A stretch of DNA of 64,000 nucleotides, taken from assembly GCA_040357565.1 (NCBI GenBank), contig JBDODJ010000011.1; one strand, written 5' to 3'. Of the stretch, positions 36,252 through 48,782 are shown piece by piece. Numbering within the stretch: the first letter of the stretch is position 1; each line of letters begins with the position of its first letter. This DNA is from Cercozoa sp. M6MM. Taxonomy: Eukaryota > Protista > Endomyxa: Ascetosporea. The position numbers and the translations under genes are program-made. Under the pieces are notes generated by a model. The model made no database searches. It saw only the letters and a program-made list of their open reading frames with translations, and had not been told where the DNA came from.

Positions 36252-36592
36252 ATGATCGAGGTGTTCCTCAACGACCGTCTGGGCCGAAAGATCCGCGTCA
36301 AGTGCAAGTACGTCTTGTTACCCTGCTGTGTCAAGAGTGTGTGGACATACGAGTGTGCTGATTGTTTGTCGTAGTGAGGACGACACGATCGGCGTGCTGA
36401 AGATGTTGGCTGCCGCCCAGCTCGGCACTAGACCAGAGAAGCTGCGCATTCAGAAGTGGTACACGGTGTACAAGGACCACATCACGCTGGCCGACTACGA
36501 GGTTCCTTCCGTTCATTCCCACTTGTTCAATGCAATCTGTTCATTCTTATCAGGTGGGTAACGGTGCCTCACTTGAGCTTTACTACACGTAA
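36252..36592 (+). CDS. UBL5: Ubiquitin-like protein 5 / Hub1, 3 exons, 73 aa
   Basis: Spliced [73 protein letters not shown]; diagnostic C-terminal YY. Confidence 0.97.
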
Positions 36593-36659
36593 GCCTGCGG
36601 AGTCGTCATGCGGACGCGTTTATTTACTTTACTATGTATCTTGTGCTCGGTCACTCAAG

Positions 36660-38298
36660 TTAAGCAGCACGAGCGCGCTTGGCGGGCGGTGCCTCAGCAC
36701 GGTCGCCTTCGTGCGCACTGCGCTTGTCGCCGGTGCTGGCGCCGCTTTCGCCGGACGTTGTGCTAGCAGCGCTCGATGAGGCAAAGGCAGAGCTCGTCAG
36801 GTTCTTCTGCCATTTTCGCAGATTGAAGCCCTATGGTACACGCACAGCGTCGATAAGCACGATAGGTGTTGGCAAAGAGCAGTACGTGCAGGCGTTCGTA
36901 CAGCGCGCGTGGCACAATGTTGACACCAAACGTCTTTGCTTGCACATGTGCCAGCATCACCTGCAATTTATAACAGGTGAACATGTGTCACAGGTATGCA
37001 GAGAGAAGTGGTACGGTGTCGTAGTCACGAGTGCCCCACTGGGCACCAAATTCGCCAAATGCTTTCTTGGCCTGCAAAATAACACTGATGCAACAACATC
37101 ACAACTGAAACAAAAAGATGGAGCCACCTCGTTGATGATCTCGTCGCGGAAACTCACGGAGTTGGCACGCTTCTTGTACTCCACGTAGAAACGCCAGTCC
37201 TTCTGCTTCAAAGAGCAAGATGACAGCGACACAAGTTTTACATGTTGAACCATGAAGCAACGCACGTCGGGTCGCGCCTGGCAGAAACGAGAAACTTCTT
37301 CGCGAATGATGCGGCCCATTCGCCACACGTTCTCCGAGGAGGAAACCTTAGCATCGGCTTCGGTTTCGGCTTGAGCAGCAGAAGTTTCGGTAGAAGGAAC
37401 TTCTTCGCTGGTGCTTTCGGTGGTGGTCTCAGATTCTTCCTTCCCTTCCTCCGGTTTCTTGTCCTTCTTGCGGAAGCTGTCTTCCATCGCGGCTTGCTTT
37501 GTCTTGGCAAAGGCTGTTCGTTCAAACGGCAGCATGCGCACAGTGCGACGCGTGACCTGCCGGAAGAAATTAACAGGAGCATGCAACACCGTGTAAGTGA
37601 GGGTACGGGACTGGTGACACTCTCGATCGCCCTACAGCACCACCAAAGTTAATTTCGGTGTTCAAGCAAATAGCCCGAATAATATACTTGGTGACGAGAG
37701 AGGTCGCAGAAATCTCAGGGTGGATCACCTACAATAATTGTTTCTGTACGTCAAGAAAATCACCTCCCCAGCGCTCTGCCTCTTCCTACCTGGACAAGAA
37801 GCAAGCCTCGTGGAGCGTACGACTGCCGGATAAACGCGTACACTCGCTTTTTCTTTTTCGCTTGGCCATCTTCGTTTTCGTCCTTTTTGCCTGTCTGCAA
37901 ACAAAAACGCAAACTGCGTACAGTATTTGAATTGAAGAAAACACACCAACTCGGCCAATTCCGCCGCCAGAGCGTCGTCCAGGTCCAGCTCAGCGCTCTC
38001 ACTTGTTTCGCTGCTGGTGCTCTTCTCGTCAGCTTCGTCCTTGGTCACGTCTGCAAAGTGCGTCTGCAGAGTGTCATCCAGCAGCGCGCTCACCTCCTGG
38101 CGACATTCGCGCTCTTTACCCTGGTCGCATGACACCAAAATTAGCTTGATGTCACTTGTTGGGTTAACTCCAGTTTCGTCCGCGCGGCACTGCACAAAAC
38201 GGAATCTCTTCGACCGATCAGCAACGCAATAAAATGGTGTTATTATTTTGAACCTTGGGCTGGTGCTTGGCGCCACCGCGCTTCCACTTTCGGCCCAT
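36660..38298 (-). CDS. THUMP domain protein (THUMPD1/Tan1-like, tRNA acetylation adaptor)
   Basis: LILVSCDQGKERECRQEVSALL; LDDALAAELAEL; VRMLPFERT; FYVEYKKRAN...RDEIINEVA; GFNLRK near the C-terminus. Confidence 0.8.
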
Positions 38299-38496
38299 AT
38301 TTTAGAGCACACAGCGCTGCTCTCACAGAAGCGCAGGCGGCTAAGCTGCCTACAAAATTCTGTAGCCAGACCTGAACGCAGCACCGCGCACAGTCCGCAG
38401 TAATCAGGCTTAATCACTAATTCGGCTGTCATTTTGAATTTTGCTATTCATCTGGACATAAGCTACAGTATTAGGCTCTTGAAGTTTTCAAGAAGC

Positions 38497-40778
38497 ATGC
38501 AGGAGCTTTCAGACGATGCGGTAAGACTTGACTTCGGGTTACTTTGGCAGGCTTTGTTCAGTGTATGGACAGTTGGAGCGACTGTGTGACTATCTGGACA
38601 CGCGGGAGCAACTCGCGCTGACTGCAGTGGAGCGACAACTGTCGGAGCGTCTGAGACACTGCACAGGTAGGCGTTGTTGCCAGACAATGCGCAGTTGTAC
38701 TGTACCTATTGAGGGGATGCGTGTAGTGCCGCTTCAGCTGGTGGACGCGAGTTTGCCGACCGAGGAGCGGTGGTCGCTATTTCGGCAGCACTGTAACTTG
38801 TTGTTTGTGTGCATACGCAGTGTTGTTGACTTATGGGTCTGTTTGGCAGTCCGCAAGGCCTTTGCCGGCGTCTCGTCGGTGCTGCTGCAGCGCGTCGACG
38901 TCGACGGCAGCACACTCAACGACTTTGTCGCCAGTGCACCCGATCACTGCGCTGTGCACCTCCAGGAAGTCCGGTATCACACACACACACATACATATAA
39001 ATGCATTTATATATAGTATATATATATATATATATATGGATATATATATATATCAGTTTATAAATATATGCAGTTTTGCCGGAGGTGACGAGTTGCTGCG
39101 CACGTTGAACAACAAGCCTTGTACCTCTCTTACTCCGCCTTTCTGCTTTCCTACCCTCTTACCCCCCGCCCCCCTCCCCACCAGTCGACACATTGATGCT
39201 GTCACGCTGCCATCGATTGTTCCGCGCGCCGATTCACAGCGTGCTGAGCACGGAAAAGATTCGCGGAATCTTCCTGGAACACGAGACTGGAATCGAGAAG
39301 ATTCTGGGAAAATTCGGCGGCGACTTTGCCGTCTTTGTGAACTGCAGCGGCGACTCGCGGGGATCGCTGGGCGACGCGGCCGTTGGGACCGTCGTGCTTG
39401 TCAACTGCCGCTTCGCTGACGACCCTGTGGACGTAGCGCTTCCCCCTTATCTCCCTTAATTATATTCCCTTAAATTTATCCCCCTTAATCCCTTAAGTTA
39501 TCACCCTTAAGTTATCCCCCTAAGTTGTCCCCCTTAAATTATCCCCTTGAGTTAGGCGGAAGCGGCCGAGATGCGGCACACGCGGAATATGCGCGACCTG
39601 TCGGCCGCCGTGCAGCGCGATCTGACGGCTGCTCGCGAGGCGCCCGTGGGTGCTGATGCCAGTTTTACCCCCCTGCTCCCTTAACCTTGCCTTTAACCTT
39701 AACCTTGGTTTTAACCTCCTTAACCTTGCTTTTAACCTCCTTAACCTTGCTTTTAACCTCCCCAAATGACAGAGCAGCAGTGGCGGCACGAGGACGGCAT
39801 GATTGAGATGCGCACGCGGAGAACGCCGCCGCGACTGCAGGATCTGCTGGACATGCATGCCTGCGCCTGCTCTGTGTCGGCTGTACCACCCGTTTATCCC
39901 CTTTAACCCCTTTAACTCGTTAACTACCCGTTTAACTCATTTGATCCTCCCCTTTGACCCCTTAGATCCCTTTAACCACCTCTTTATCCCTTTAGGAACT
40001 GGGCAAGCAAGTGGCCCGTGCACTCGCGATCGGTCGGCACGGCAATCACACCTTCCTGCATGCCACGGCACTGGCCTATGGGACACCGTGTACTACCCTC
40101 TGTCTTTGAAAGGGAATGAAGGGTACACATTGTGGATAGGCATGGAGACGGTGAGGACGCTGCTCAAGTGGGGCGCTGATGTCAATGCCACCAGGTACTT
40201 TACCCCCTCCCCCCTTTGCCCCTTTATACCCTTGATGCAGTGTGGACGCAGCGACGTCGCCGCTGTTTGCTGCATGCAAACGCGGTCACACCGAGTTGGG
40301 TACCTTGTGTTTCACCCCCCCCTTAACCCTCTACCCTGCCTCCCTCCTCCCTACTCCCTACCCCCTACCCCTACCCCTACCCCTACCCCCTACCCCCTAC
40401 CCCCTACCCCCTACCCCCTACCCCTACCCCCTACCCCCTACCCCCTACCCCCTGCCCCTACCCCCTACCTCCTACCCCTCAGTGGAGCTGCTGCTACGAC
40501 ACGGAGCCAGAGTAACATGGCGCAACAAACGACACGAAACGGCACTCTCGATCGCTGCACTACATGGCTACTTTGACGTTGTCAAGGTGTGACACACTGG
40601 GGGAGGGCAAGTAGGGGGTAAAGAGTGACTCTAATGTAGGCCATGTGTGCGCACATAAAACAACAGCGCAATCGGCAACAAATCATTCAGAGTCTTGATG
40701 AGTACTTTCTTTTCCTGGGGTCAAGAGGGAAGAGGGGTGTATGGGGGAGCACAGGACACGACGCGGCGCCTTCCAGTG
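38497..40778 (+). CDS. F-box plus ankyrin-repeat protein; 3' end lost in scaffold gap
   Basis: MQELSDDA|LERLCDYLDTREQLALTAVERQL (F-box); ankyrin repeats TVRTLLKWGADVNA, SPLFAACKRGHTELVELLLRHGA, TALSIAALHGYFDVVK. Confidence 0.8.
40340..40478 (+). repeat. (CCCCTA)n-type G4-prone tandem repeat in an ankyrin-gene intron
   Basis: About 20 imperfect CCC(C)CTA units. Confidence 0.9.
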
Positions 40779-41043
40779 GNNNNNNNNNNNNNNNNNNNNN
40801 NNNNNNNNNNNNNNNNNNNNNNNNNNNNNNNNNNNNNNNNNNNNNNNNNNNNNNNNNNNNNNNNNNNNNNNNNNNNNNNAAAGTCAACCTTGTGACCGAC
40901 GTCGCGCCGCGAAGTGAACCAGTGCCGCCACCGTCTGGGAGGGTGGGGGACACAGGGGTATCAGCTAAGCCTAGCAACCACTACACATGCCCAGGCTCCA
41001 CCAAAGGCAAAAATATAGCTTGCTTCGCGACAGTTTTTTTGAT

Positions 41044-41250
41044 AGGCTCACTCGTTAGTTTAGCTGAGTCTTCTAGGAAACCAACTACGCTATGTAAATT
41101 TAGTTCCCCTGCACCAGTCTGGGGTGGGTCGCAAGAGCATGGCCGCGTCTACCGCCCGCTTAGGGTAGGACCATACAAAGGCTCACTCGTTAGTTGAGCC
41201 TTCTAGCAAACCAACTATGTAGTTCCCCTGCACCAGTCCGGGGCTCACTG
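41044..41250 (+). repeat. Dispersed repeat family A: one full (~135 bp) and one partial tandem copy
   Basis: aggctcactcgttag...aaaccaacta...tagttcccctgcaccagtc(t/c)gggg occurs twice (starts 41044 and 41179). Confidence 0.85.
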
Positions 41251-41366
41251 TTTTAACCCAACAATACAGAGGGAGGATTCCCAATGGTACGATAAATTAG
41301 CAGCTGAACGTTGTCAATCGGTTACGTTAATCGGGTTAATCGATGTGATTCGAGTCTAGTCGACGT

Positions 41367-41667
41367 TCATGACGAGGGCGCAGGTGCATGCTTCGCAATC
41401 TCGGCAGCGAGCTTGGCCTTGATGCCTTCGTCAATGTCGTCGTCGTCCCACTGCGCGTTCCAGAGCGACTGCGCCTCCTCGGTGCCGCCGAACTGCTTGT
41501 CCTGGCGCCACTCTGTGACACACCACACAGAGCACTTGCAGGCAACTTGGCGCACAAAAAACAGACATACCGGCTTCCTCGAACTCTTCGAACTCGTCGT
41601 CCTCGAGAGCGAACTCTTCTTCCTCTGGCGCTTGCTCCTGCGTGCTCTTGCTGTTGTCGTTTGACAT
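41367..41667 (-). CDS. SEM1: DSS1/Sem1 (26S proteasome subunit Rpn15), 2 exons
   Basis: LEDDEFEEFEEA|EW...LWNAQWDDDDIDEGIKAKLAAEI. Confidence 0.92.
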
Positions 41668-41966
41668 TGTCGTGTCTGGAATTGGTGCCAATCTGCACAA
41701 AACACAAAATAAGAAGATATTTCTTTTTGCCGGACTGCTGCAAAGAAACGGCAAAAACAGGATACCAATGCGAACTATGTTCAAGGTCACCACACGTGCA
41801 CACTCGCAGAACCCAAGAAGCCGCTCACCAAGCATGTACAAAATTAGTCCACTTGGACAGCTGCATAACATATTAATAAAAATAATCCTGACTGAAGTTT
41901 GGCTCCACAAAAGAAACGATTGCGATTTCTTGCCACTTTACCAGCGTGGTTGCTACAAAACTTAAA

Positions 41967-42639
41967 ATGCTCGCGTTCAAGGAGTTGGTCGCCCTGGGTG
42001 CGTCTGTCTGCGGAGGCATGTCATTGGGTAAAATTCCAACTGCCAATCTCGTTTCTTTCTTGGGATCATCTGACCTGAGACTGCTCGTTTAGGGGCCCTG
42101 TGGTACGGGCCACTTTTCGGTAAGACGTGGGCCAAAGCAGTTGGCATGACTGACGTACCGTGATTTCTGAAGCCCATACAACTGTCAATCAGTTCGTTTT
42201 TTTTTTTTTTGTATTGTCTACTTTGCTTGCAGAAAAAGCCCACGAAAAACTGGGTTCGCCATGCGATTTTGGTGACATTTTTGGCCGTGCTGTTCGGTGC
42301 TTGTATCACCATTCGCTTGTCGACGATGCTACAACTGGAGACGCTTTTCGATCGGATTCAGCTCGCGCTGGCGTTGACGTTGCTTTCGATGAGCCACACA
42401 CTGCTCGCAGCTGACTGGAAGCCCACGAGAATTACCGTGTATGTTTTGCGACTTCGCTTTATTCATCATTGTTCAAGTGATTATTGTGATGGCACAGTGT
42501 GCAAGCCATCGACATTGGATTCCGTACAAATGACTCTTTATTTTTGTGCTTGTGATCTATGAGTGTTATTGCGATGCTTGCATTAACAGACGCCTCGCTG
42601 CTGCTGATTGCTGCCACGATGCACTTTGTTTTTGTCTGA
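41967..42639 (+). CDS. DUF1761 family small membrane protein, 5 exons
   Basis: Spliced ...GMSLG|ALWYGPLFGKTWAKAVG...AIDIGFHASLLLIAA; WY.PLFGK.W is the family motif. Confidence 0.7.
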
Positions 42640-42943
42640 CGTTTAATACCTCGAAAACAAACTGATATCGAACTGAACGCTGAACGGAAGCTGTTCGATC
42701 GGATGTCTGTCGCGTCGAACCGAAACATGAACTGACACGACGACATACAGTACTTTATTGTGCACAATTGCATCAACACTAGTCAACTTAATTTAAAGGA
42801 ATCAATCGAGTCGGACGAAAAACTCCTCCAAAGAAAGAGACAGACAGTGCAGACACAGCCAGACGGAGAGCTATGGTCATGAGGGTTCTTTTTAGGTCAG
42901 TTCGGGGGGGGGGGTTGGTTCGAGAGCGAAGAGCTTGTTCTAG

Positions 42944-43446
42944 CTAGCAAAGCTTGAACCACATCGCATGCGTGTTTTGCAGGTACTCCTGTCCAGTAGC
43001 AAGTACCGATACAAGATACAAAGAATGTAGTTTGCTGTGACACACCTGGAAGGCCGGGTCATTGCCCCAACGTTCCTGCGCTTTCTCAGCGAGCAGCGGA
43101 ACGCCAGAAACGAAGCGCAGCAACAGGAACGTAAACACAGGCGACAGCACAGCTACAGACAAGCAATGCACATACAAAGCACACCTCGAATGGAACAGGC
43201 AAAGACGGTATACAGGTCCACTGCGCGCCTTCAAAGTCGGCGCAGCACATGAGAAACTGGCCGACCCAGAGCATCACTTCGCCCTGCGATCCATCCACTC
43301 ATCGAGATACAGAAAACAGGACAATGTTGAGGCAGGCCTACGACATAGTTCGGGTGTCGGCAGCGACTCCACACGCCCGTGTTGATAAAGCTTCCTATCC
43401 TCACAACAATTACACTTCGAACAAGATGGCACACACTTACACTGAC

Positions 43447-43537
<91 letters not shown>

Positions 43538-43547
43538 NNNNNNNNNN

Positions 43548-43597
<50 letters not shown>

Positions 43598-44482
43598 GTG
43601 TACCACGGTTGCGCTCGTCGAGTTTGAACCGACTCTTTTGCACGTCGGCGACGACTTCGAGCGAGATGCCCAGCACGAACACCACCAGACCGACTGCACA
43701 ACACGCAACAGATCAAACAACAGTGACACAAAAGAAAGCACTCACTGTAGTCCGTTGGTTCGCCGTAGTCAGAACAGGCGTCGGCACTTAGCAACGTGAT
43801 CAGAGGCAGCAGATTCACGTAGACCCACACGGCCTGCAGGGGTGCAAGCGTACAGTGCAGTATCGTACTGATAGACTAATACTCTGCCCACAGTGCTGTA
43901 CCTGCAGGAACCACACAAAGGCGAACTTGCCGGGCTGCGAGCGCATCTCCACGAAGCGTGTGTCACCTAGTCACACACACACAACTGACTTGTTTAAGTC
44001 TCCACTTTTCTCAAGGGTCAAGGTACCGCCAAAGTGATGAACGCGCCAGAACAAGAAGGCTCCAAGACGCAGTGTCCATAGCTACATAATAAAAACTTAT
44101 GTGCACTGATTCTATAAGGGAGCAACAACAACATACCAAGACAGCAGCGCTTGCAAGCCACTGGCGTGCGCATAGATCGCCGAATCCGAACCTGATTTAG
44201 CATCAAAACATCAACGAGCAAAGCCAGTCAGTCGAGCAAAGAAGAGGTGCAGCATACCACGCTAGAGACGCCAGCGTCGTCGAGATGAAGCCAATGCTGC
44301 CGAAAAGATCGAAAAACTTTTCCGTTTGCAGCAGGATGGCCTGCGCACACGAAATAACTCTGAAAACTGGGCAGGCAAAACTCGCTCGAAACATGGCACA
44401 GACCCACCGGGATACAGCCGAGCACTTGCACACCAACGGCGACAATCGCCGAGAAAGCGAAAATATTGAGGTCTTCCTTCAT
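42944..44482 (-). CDS. DUF1295 / steroid 5-alpha-reductase-like membrane protein
   Basis: QTEKFFDLFGS; DTRFVEMR; LEVVADVQKSRFK; FINTGVWSRCRHPNY.GEVMLW; FVSGVPLLAEKAQERWG.DPAFQEY. Confidence 0.9.
43450..43593 (-). repeat. (CT)n on the sense strand of a DUF1295 intron (contains a gap)
   Basis: (GA)n on the + strand. Confidence 0.95.
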
Positions 44483-45055
44483 TTTTTGCCTTGCAAACCG
44501 AAGTCACTTTCAAAACTCGCGAAACGCGGAAAGTTGCAAAAACGAGAAACTGTCTTTTTGCTCTGCCAACAGCTCTGCACTCTCGTCCGTCTGGCTATTG
44601 GACTTAGTGTCTACGCTGTGTGGACGAGCTTACACTGGGGCAGGAAGACGTTTTTGCCGCAAAATTAATCGAGAGTCTGCCGAATCCGTGATCAGTGATC
44701 AGTGATCCGTGTCGGACAAGAAACGACTATCGATACGGTACAATAACCATCAACCGTACAGTCCAGTACGGCGTGGTGCTTGTTGTGACCTCGTCGCTCA
44801 GAGGTGATGGTGCCATCTAAACTGCACTTACAGTACAAGCATCAAAAGAAGTAATTTCCAGCGGAGCTTCAATTGTAATCTGCTGCGGTTGTTTCCTACG
44901 CTCGCCCAGTCCAATCAGCCTAGCGGCAAACTACCGTCGGTGTAGTCACCTGATTGTTTTAGTATGAAGCACCGAGACGCATAGTCCACAAAGAATAATC
45001 ACCACCCCCTTTTACCCCCTTTACCCCTTTACCCCCTTTACCCCCCCCCCCCGAC

Positions 45056-45411
45056 TCAAAACCATAGATTGCGGAAGAACCAATTGCGGCCAGCGAAGCG
45101 ACTTCCACGTCGAGTGGGCGCACGCGCCGAGTCGACCGACTGGACAGTTTTGAGCCTCGCGGCTCGAGCCTCGAGTACCGGCTCTCTGTGACCGAGGAGG
45201 TCAGTTGTCGCAGACGACCGAGTCAACCGTCGAACCATGGTGCTCTCTTGAGAAACGGTGACTTCAGTAGCAGCAGCTGTTGCAGCAGCAACAACATCAG
45301 TGCCTTGGTCGTTGTTGACTGTCGAAGGTAAACTGAAGGCTGGGATGGGTGCAGACGGCGGTGAGACGTTCAGAGCTATAAAACCAGCTTGCACGATACC
45401 GATGTGTGCGT

Positions 45412-45487
<76 letters not shown>

Positions 45488-47941
45488 TGTTAAAGTGTAC
45501 ATACAGTCAACGGGAACTCCGAGATCCGCAGCGATCTTTCCGAGTGCGCGCATTGCAGCTTCGGGATGCGAGGCCGCGATTGAGTCGATTTGCGGCAGAA
45601 CCAGCAACCACTCTCCAATTGTGTTGGCCGAAGGTCGTTCTTTCTGTCGCAACCAACACTCAAGTAGACATCTTGAGTTGATACAGTGAACCTTACTGTA
45701 GTAAATTACCTCATTGAAACGCAAGGCGGATTTCAGCATTGCAACGACAACATCGCACACCGCGCTTCCTTTGAAATAACACTGTGACTGCTGACTTAAA
45801 CGTGACACAGGGCACAGGTACCTGCGGAGATACGACAGCTATTTTTGAGGGTCAGTGCCATGGACAAGTCGTCCAAGTACGACGCGTGTTCGACTGGATT
45901 CGCCAAGTAGCGTCTGTATCGCTCCTCGACTCTGTACATTGAGTGCGAACCAGGCAAGGACCCAGTGATAATCTCGTAGGCAACAAGCCCCAGCGACCAC
46001 ACGTCGATTCGGTCCGAAAGCAGCCGCTCTTTCGAAGCAGTCAGATTTCATTATTTGGCAGCACCAACAAGGTCAAACCCGGGTGCATGTACCTTTTCCA
46101 CGAAGGTCCAGCGAGCGAACAGCACACGGATACTCACGGATGGTTTCTCCGTATCGCTACGAATATATTTCAAGGTTTATGTATCCTATAGCAGTAAATA
46201 AACAGATGTATAAAACTTACATGTGTATATGTGTACTGTATATCAAACTGTAAATATACCTATACTGTGAGTGTTTATATAAACTTACACAGTATGTAGT
46301 TATTATATGCATATGTTGAATTTACAGTATGCGTTTAAGTTTATATATATATATATGTATATATATGTATTATCAGTCTGTCTTCAAGTCGGAGTCGCAT
46401 ACCTTGTAGATGTAGCACGCCACCAGTTCGGGTGCAAAAAACTCAGGCGTGCCTTGAACTCGGTGCTCAGGCTCATCGATTGACGTCGCAAGCCCGAAAT
46501 CCATCACGACTGGTTCGGTTACTTGCTGAAATGGAAATTAAATAGAAAGGAACAAAACTGAATACTGCACTGAAGCAGAACTAACTGAATTAAAAGTACC
46601 GGAGAGAGCTGACGAATTCCGAAGTTGTGCGACTTGGCGTCGTGGTGAACAACTCCGTGTCGGTGAATGTTCGAGAACGTGTTGAACAGGTCGGCAATCA
46701 TCAAAAGCTACAGGTTGTTTAATCCAAGTCGACAACTCACCTATACTTAGGCAGAAATAGTTGGCTACCCGATATGGCACAGTAAAAGAAGCAGGTCGCT
46801 GCCGAAGAAACCTGTCCAGAGTCTTTGCGTATCGAGGCATGACAAAAGCATACTGCTTCTCTTCTCCAGTTTGGCCGCTACGAAAAGCAAGAAACGAGAT
46901 TGATGGACTCATGCCAACAAAAAGACACCAAATAAGGAGAATACCCAGCCGCATGAGACCCGGGATGAGACCCAAACAACTCGTCGATGGGGTTTTGACC
47001 AGCACTCTGTTGAGTCAGTTGAGGAAGTTCCTCTGGCACACTCGCAGACGGTAAGCCGGCAGAGGCCTCAGTTTGAAGGACCAACAGTGGCACGCAAATG
47101 AAGCGATTCCAGCTGAACCGATTAACTACCTCCTCCTGGCTCGCTTTGTTTCCGCCGACTCTTGCTGCGATGTCAAAACCGTGTGCTCGGTGGAGAAGCG
47201 AGAGTTCCGTGTCTGTGACGAAACTCTCACGTCGCACGTATTTCACCGCCACTGTAAGTTTCAAGCAACCAAAATAGACTTCAATGTGACTCAATCCGCC
47301 CCGCTTTAGCTTGACCGGGAAGTGGAAAAACGTACAGCCATTTACGTGAACTCTATCACGAGTTAGTTCGAGTACTGACTTGTACAACGAAGCTACTTGT
47401 TCCGTGAACGCTGTTTTTCGGTGAATGCGCAAGACGAAACTCTGTACATTGTATACCCTCATCCTTGGTCCGATTCAAGCAAAACCCGTTTTTTTTTTAA
47501 GTGCTACCTGCGGGCTCAGAACGAGCGTACGAACTCCGAAATTCGTCAGTGCTTCGATGCCAATGGACGGGTCGTGAGCATACAGGAACTGCGCGTACGA
47601 GTCGAAATCAAACGGAGATGACTGAGTATGTCCGCGCGGACGGGCGACTAGAGGGTTGCCCCTTGTCGCGTGGTCGCCAGGTTCTGCAGGGCTACCCGTC
47701 GGCGAGAAGCCACCAGGCCGCGAAAAATCCTTCAACGAATCGCGATCGCAGGGCAACAACGTATCCTGTCCCAATCGCGAGACACAGTCGAGCAGATTTC
47801 GGAGCTGCCCACGAGGAAGTAAGATCGCCTACGGCAAGATATAACATTAAATCTTCCAACCGAGTTCTCACAATTGGCTGTTGTGCTCAGGCTGGCGCTG
47901 ACCTCAGCGCTGGCCAGAAGTGCGCCAATGAAACGTCGCAT
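45056..47941 (-). CDS. Divergent Ser/Thr protein kinase; multi-exon, termini uncertain
   Basis: VAVKY; VVHHDAKSHNF; VMDFGLA; QGTPEFFAPEL; IDVWSLGLVAYEIITG. Confidence 0.8.
45414..45490 (+). repeat. (TG/CA)n microsatellite in a kinase intron
   Basis: Directly visible. Confidence 0.95.
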
Positions 47942-48124
47942 CACAATTCAAGACTCACAGCTTAAGACCAAAGGTGGCAGTTGTCTTGGGTCGCAAAAAC
48001 CATATACATTCGGACTTTTGCAGACGGCTCATGTCCAGGTCACCCGAAATTCGGTTGATTTAGCGTAGTATACGCTTTTCTTGAGGCCTCACAGCGCTCA
48101 AACTGCTCACCGAAGCGGTTGCAG

Positions 48125-48561
48125 TGTTGAGACTGACTCAGATGATGCAGTCTACGCGGGGATGCTGCCAGGTTGACCTGTAGGTCTCCTATCAGAAGCA
48201 AAAAAAAAGAAGAGTAGCTCTGTGGTACTGCTGCCTATAGACCAGTGACTGAACCTGTCCGAGAAGGCTGTTTTATGTAAAACTTAGATTGAGCCTGCCA
48301 GTTGGCAGAAACCCTCAGCTACTTGGGCATCAGCTGGCCAGTTACTCTGCAGTTTGTACTCGCACCCACCTGTACAAGTAAGCAGAGAAGGTTATGAGAC
48401 GGACGATTCCGTCTACGTGGACGCAAGAACCCAGTTGGGGTAATTCTTCACTTCGCTTCTTCAAGCTGAATCTTTGATTCCTTCGCTTCGTTTAATAGAC
48501 GATTAACTTCTTGTACTAAGTTCTTTTCACTGACGAACGTCAGTAACAACAGTGTTGAAGA
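48125..48561 (-). repeat. Dispersed repeat family B copy (longer, with extra internal sequence)
   Basis: Same conserved blocks as 31724-32015, in inverted orientation. Confidence 0.85.
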
Positions 48562-48782
48562 TAGCGTTTCGCGTCCATATGCCGAGAGATGAAACAAAAT
48601 GCGCGCGGGATCGTTGCGAAACTGGCCATTAAAGCTTCGAGTTTTGCTTGCTTTCGTCACAATCGTGCCTCACATCCTTGTTCACGAGCTCAACTGAGCG
48701 ATCGCCCAGACCCTCCAATCTCTGAGCGTGGTCCAGTCCAGTCCAACTGAATCCAAAATCGAAATAGCGGCGTTTTTAGGTC

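Noticed and set aside
45005-45052. Telomeric repeats (also (CCCCTA)n at 40340-40478)
   Set aside because: Units are CCCCTTTA/CCCCTA with irregular C-runs, internal or intronic, and do not match CCCTAA/CCCTAAA arrays.
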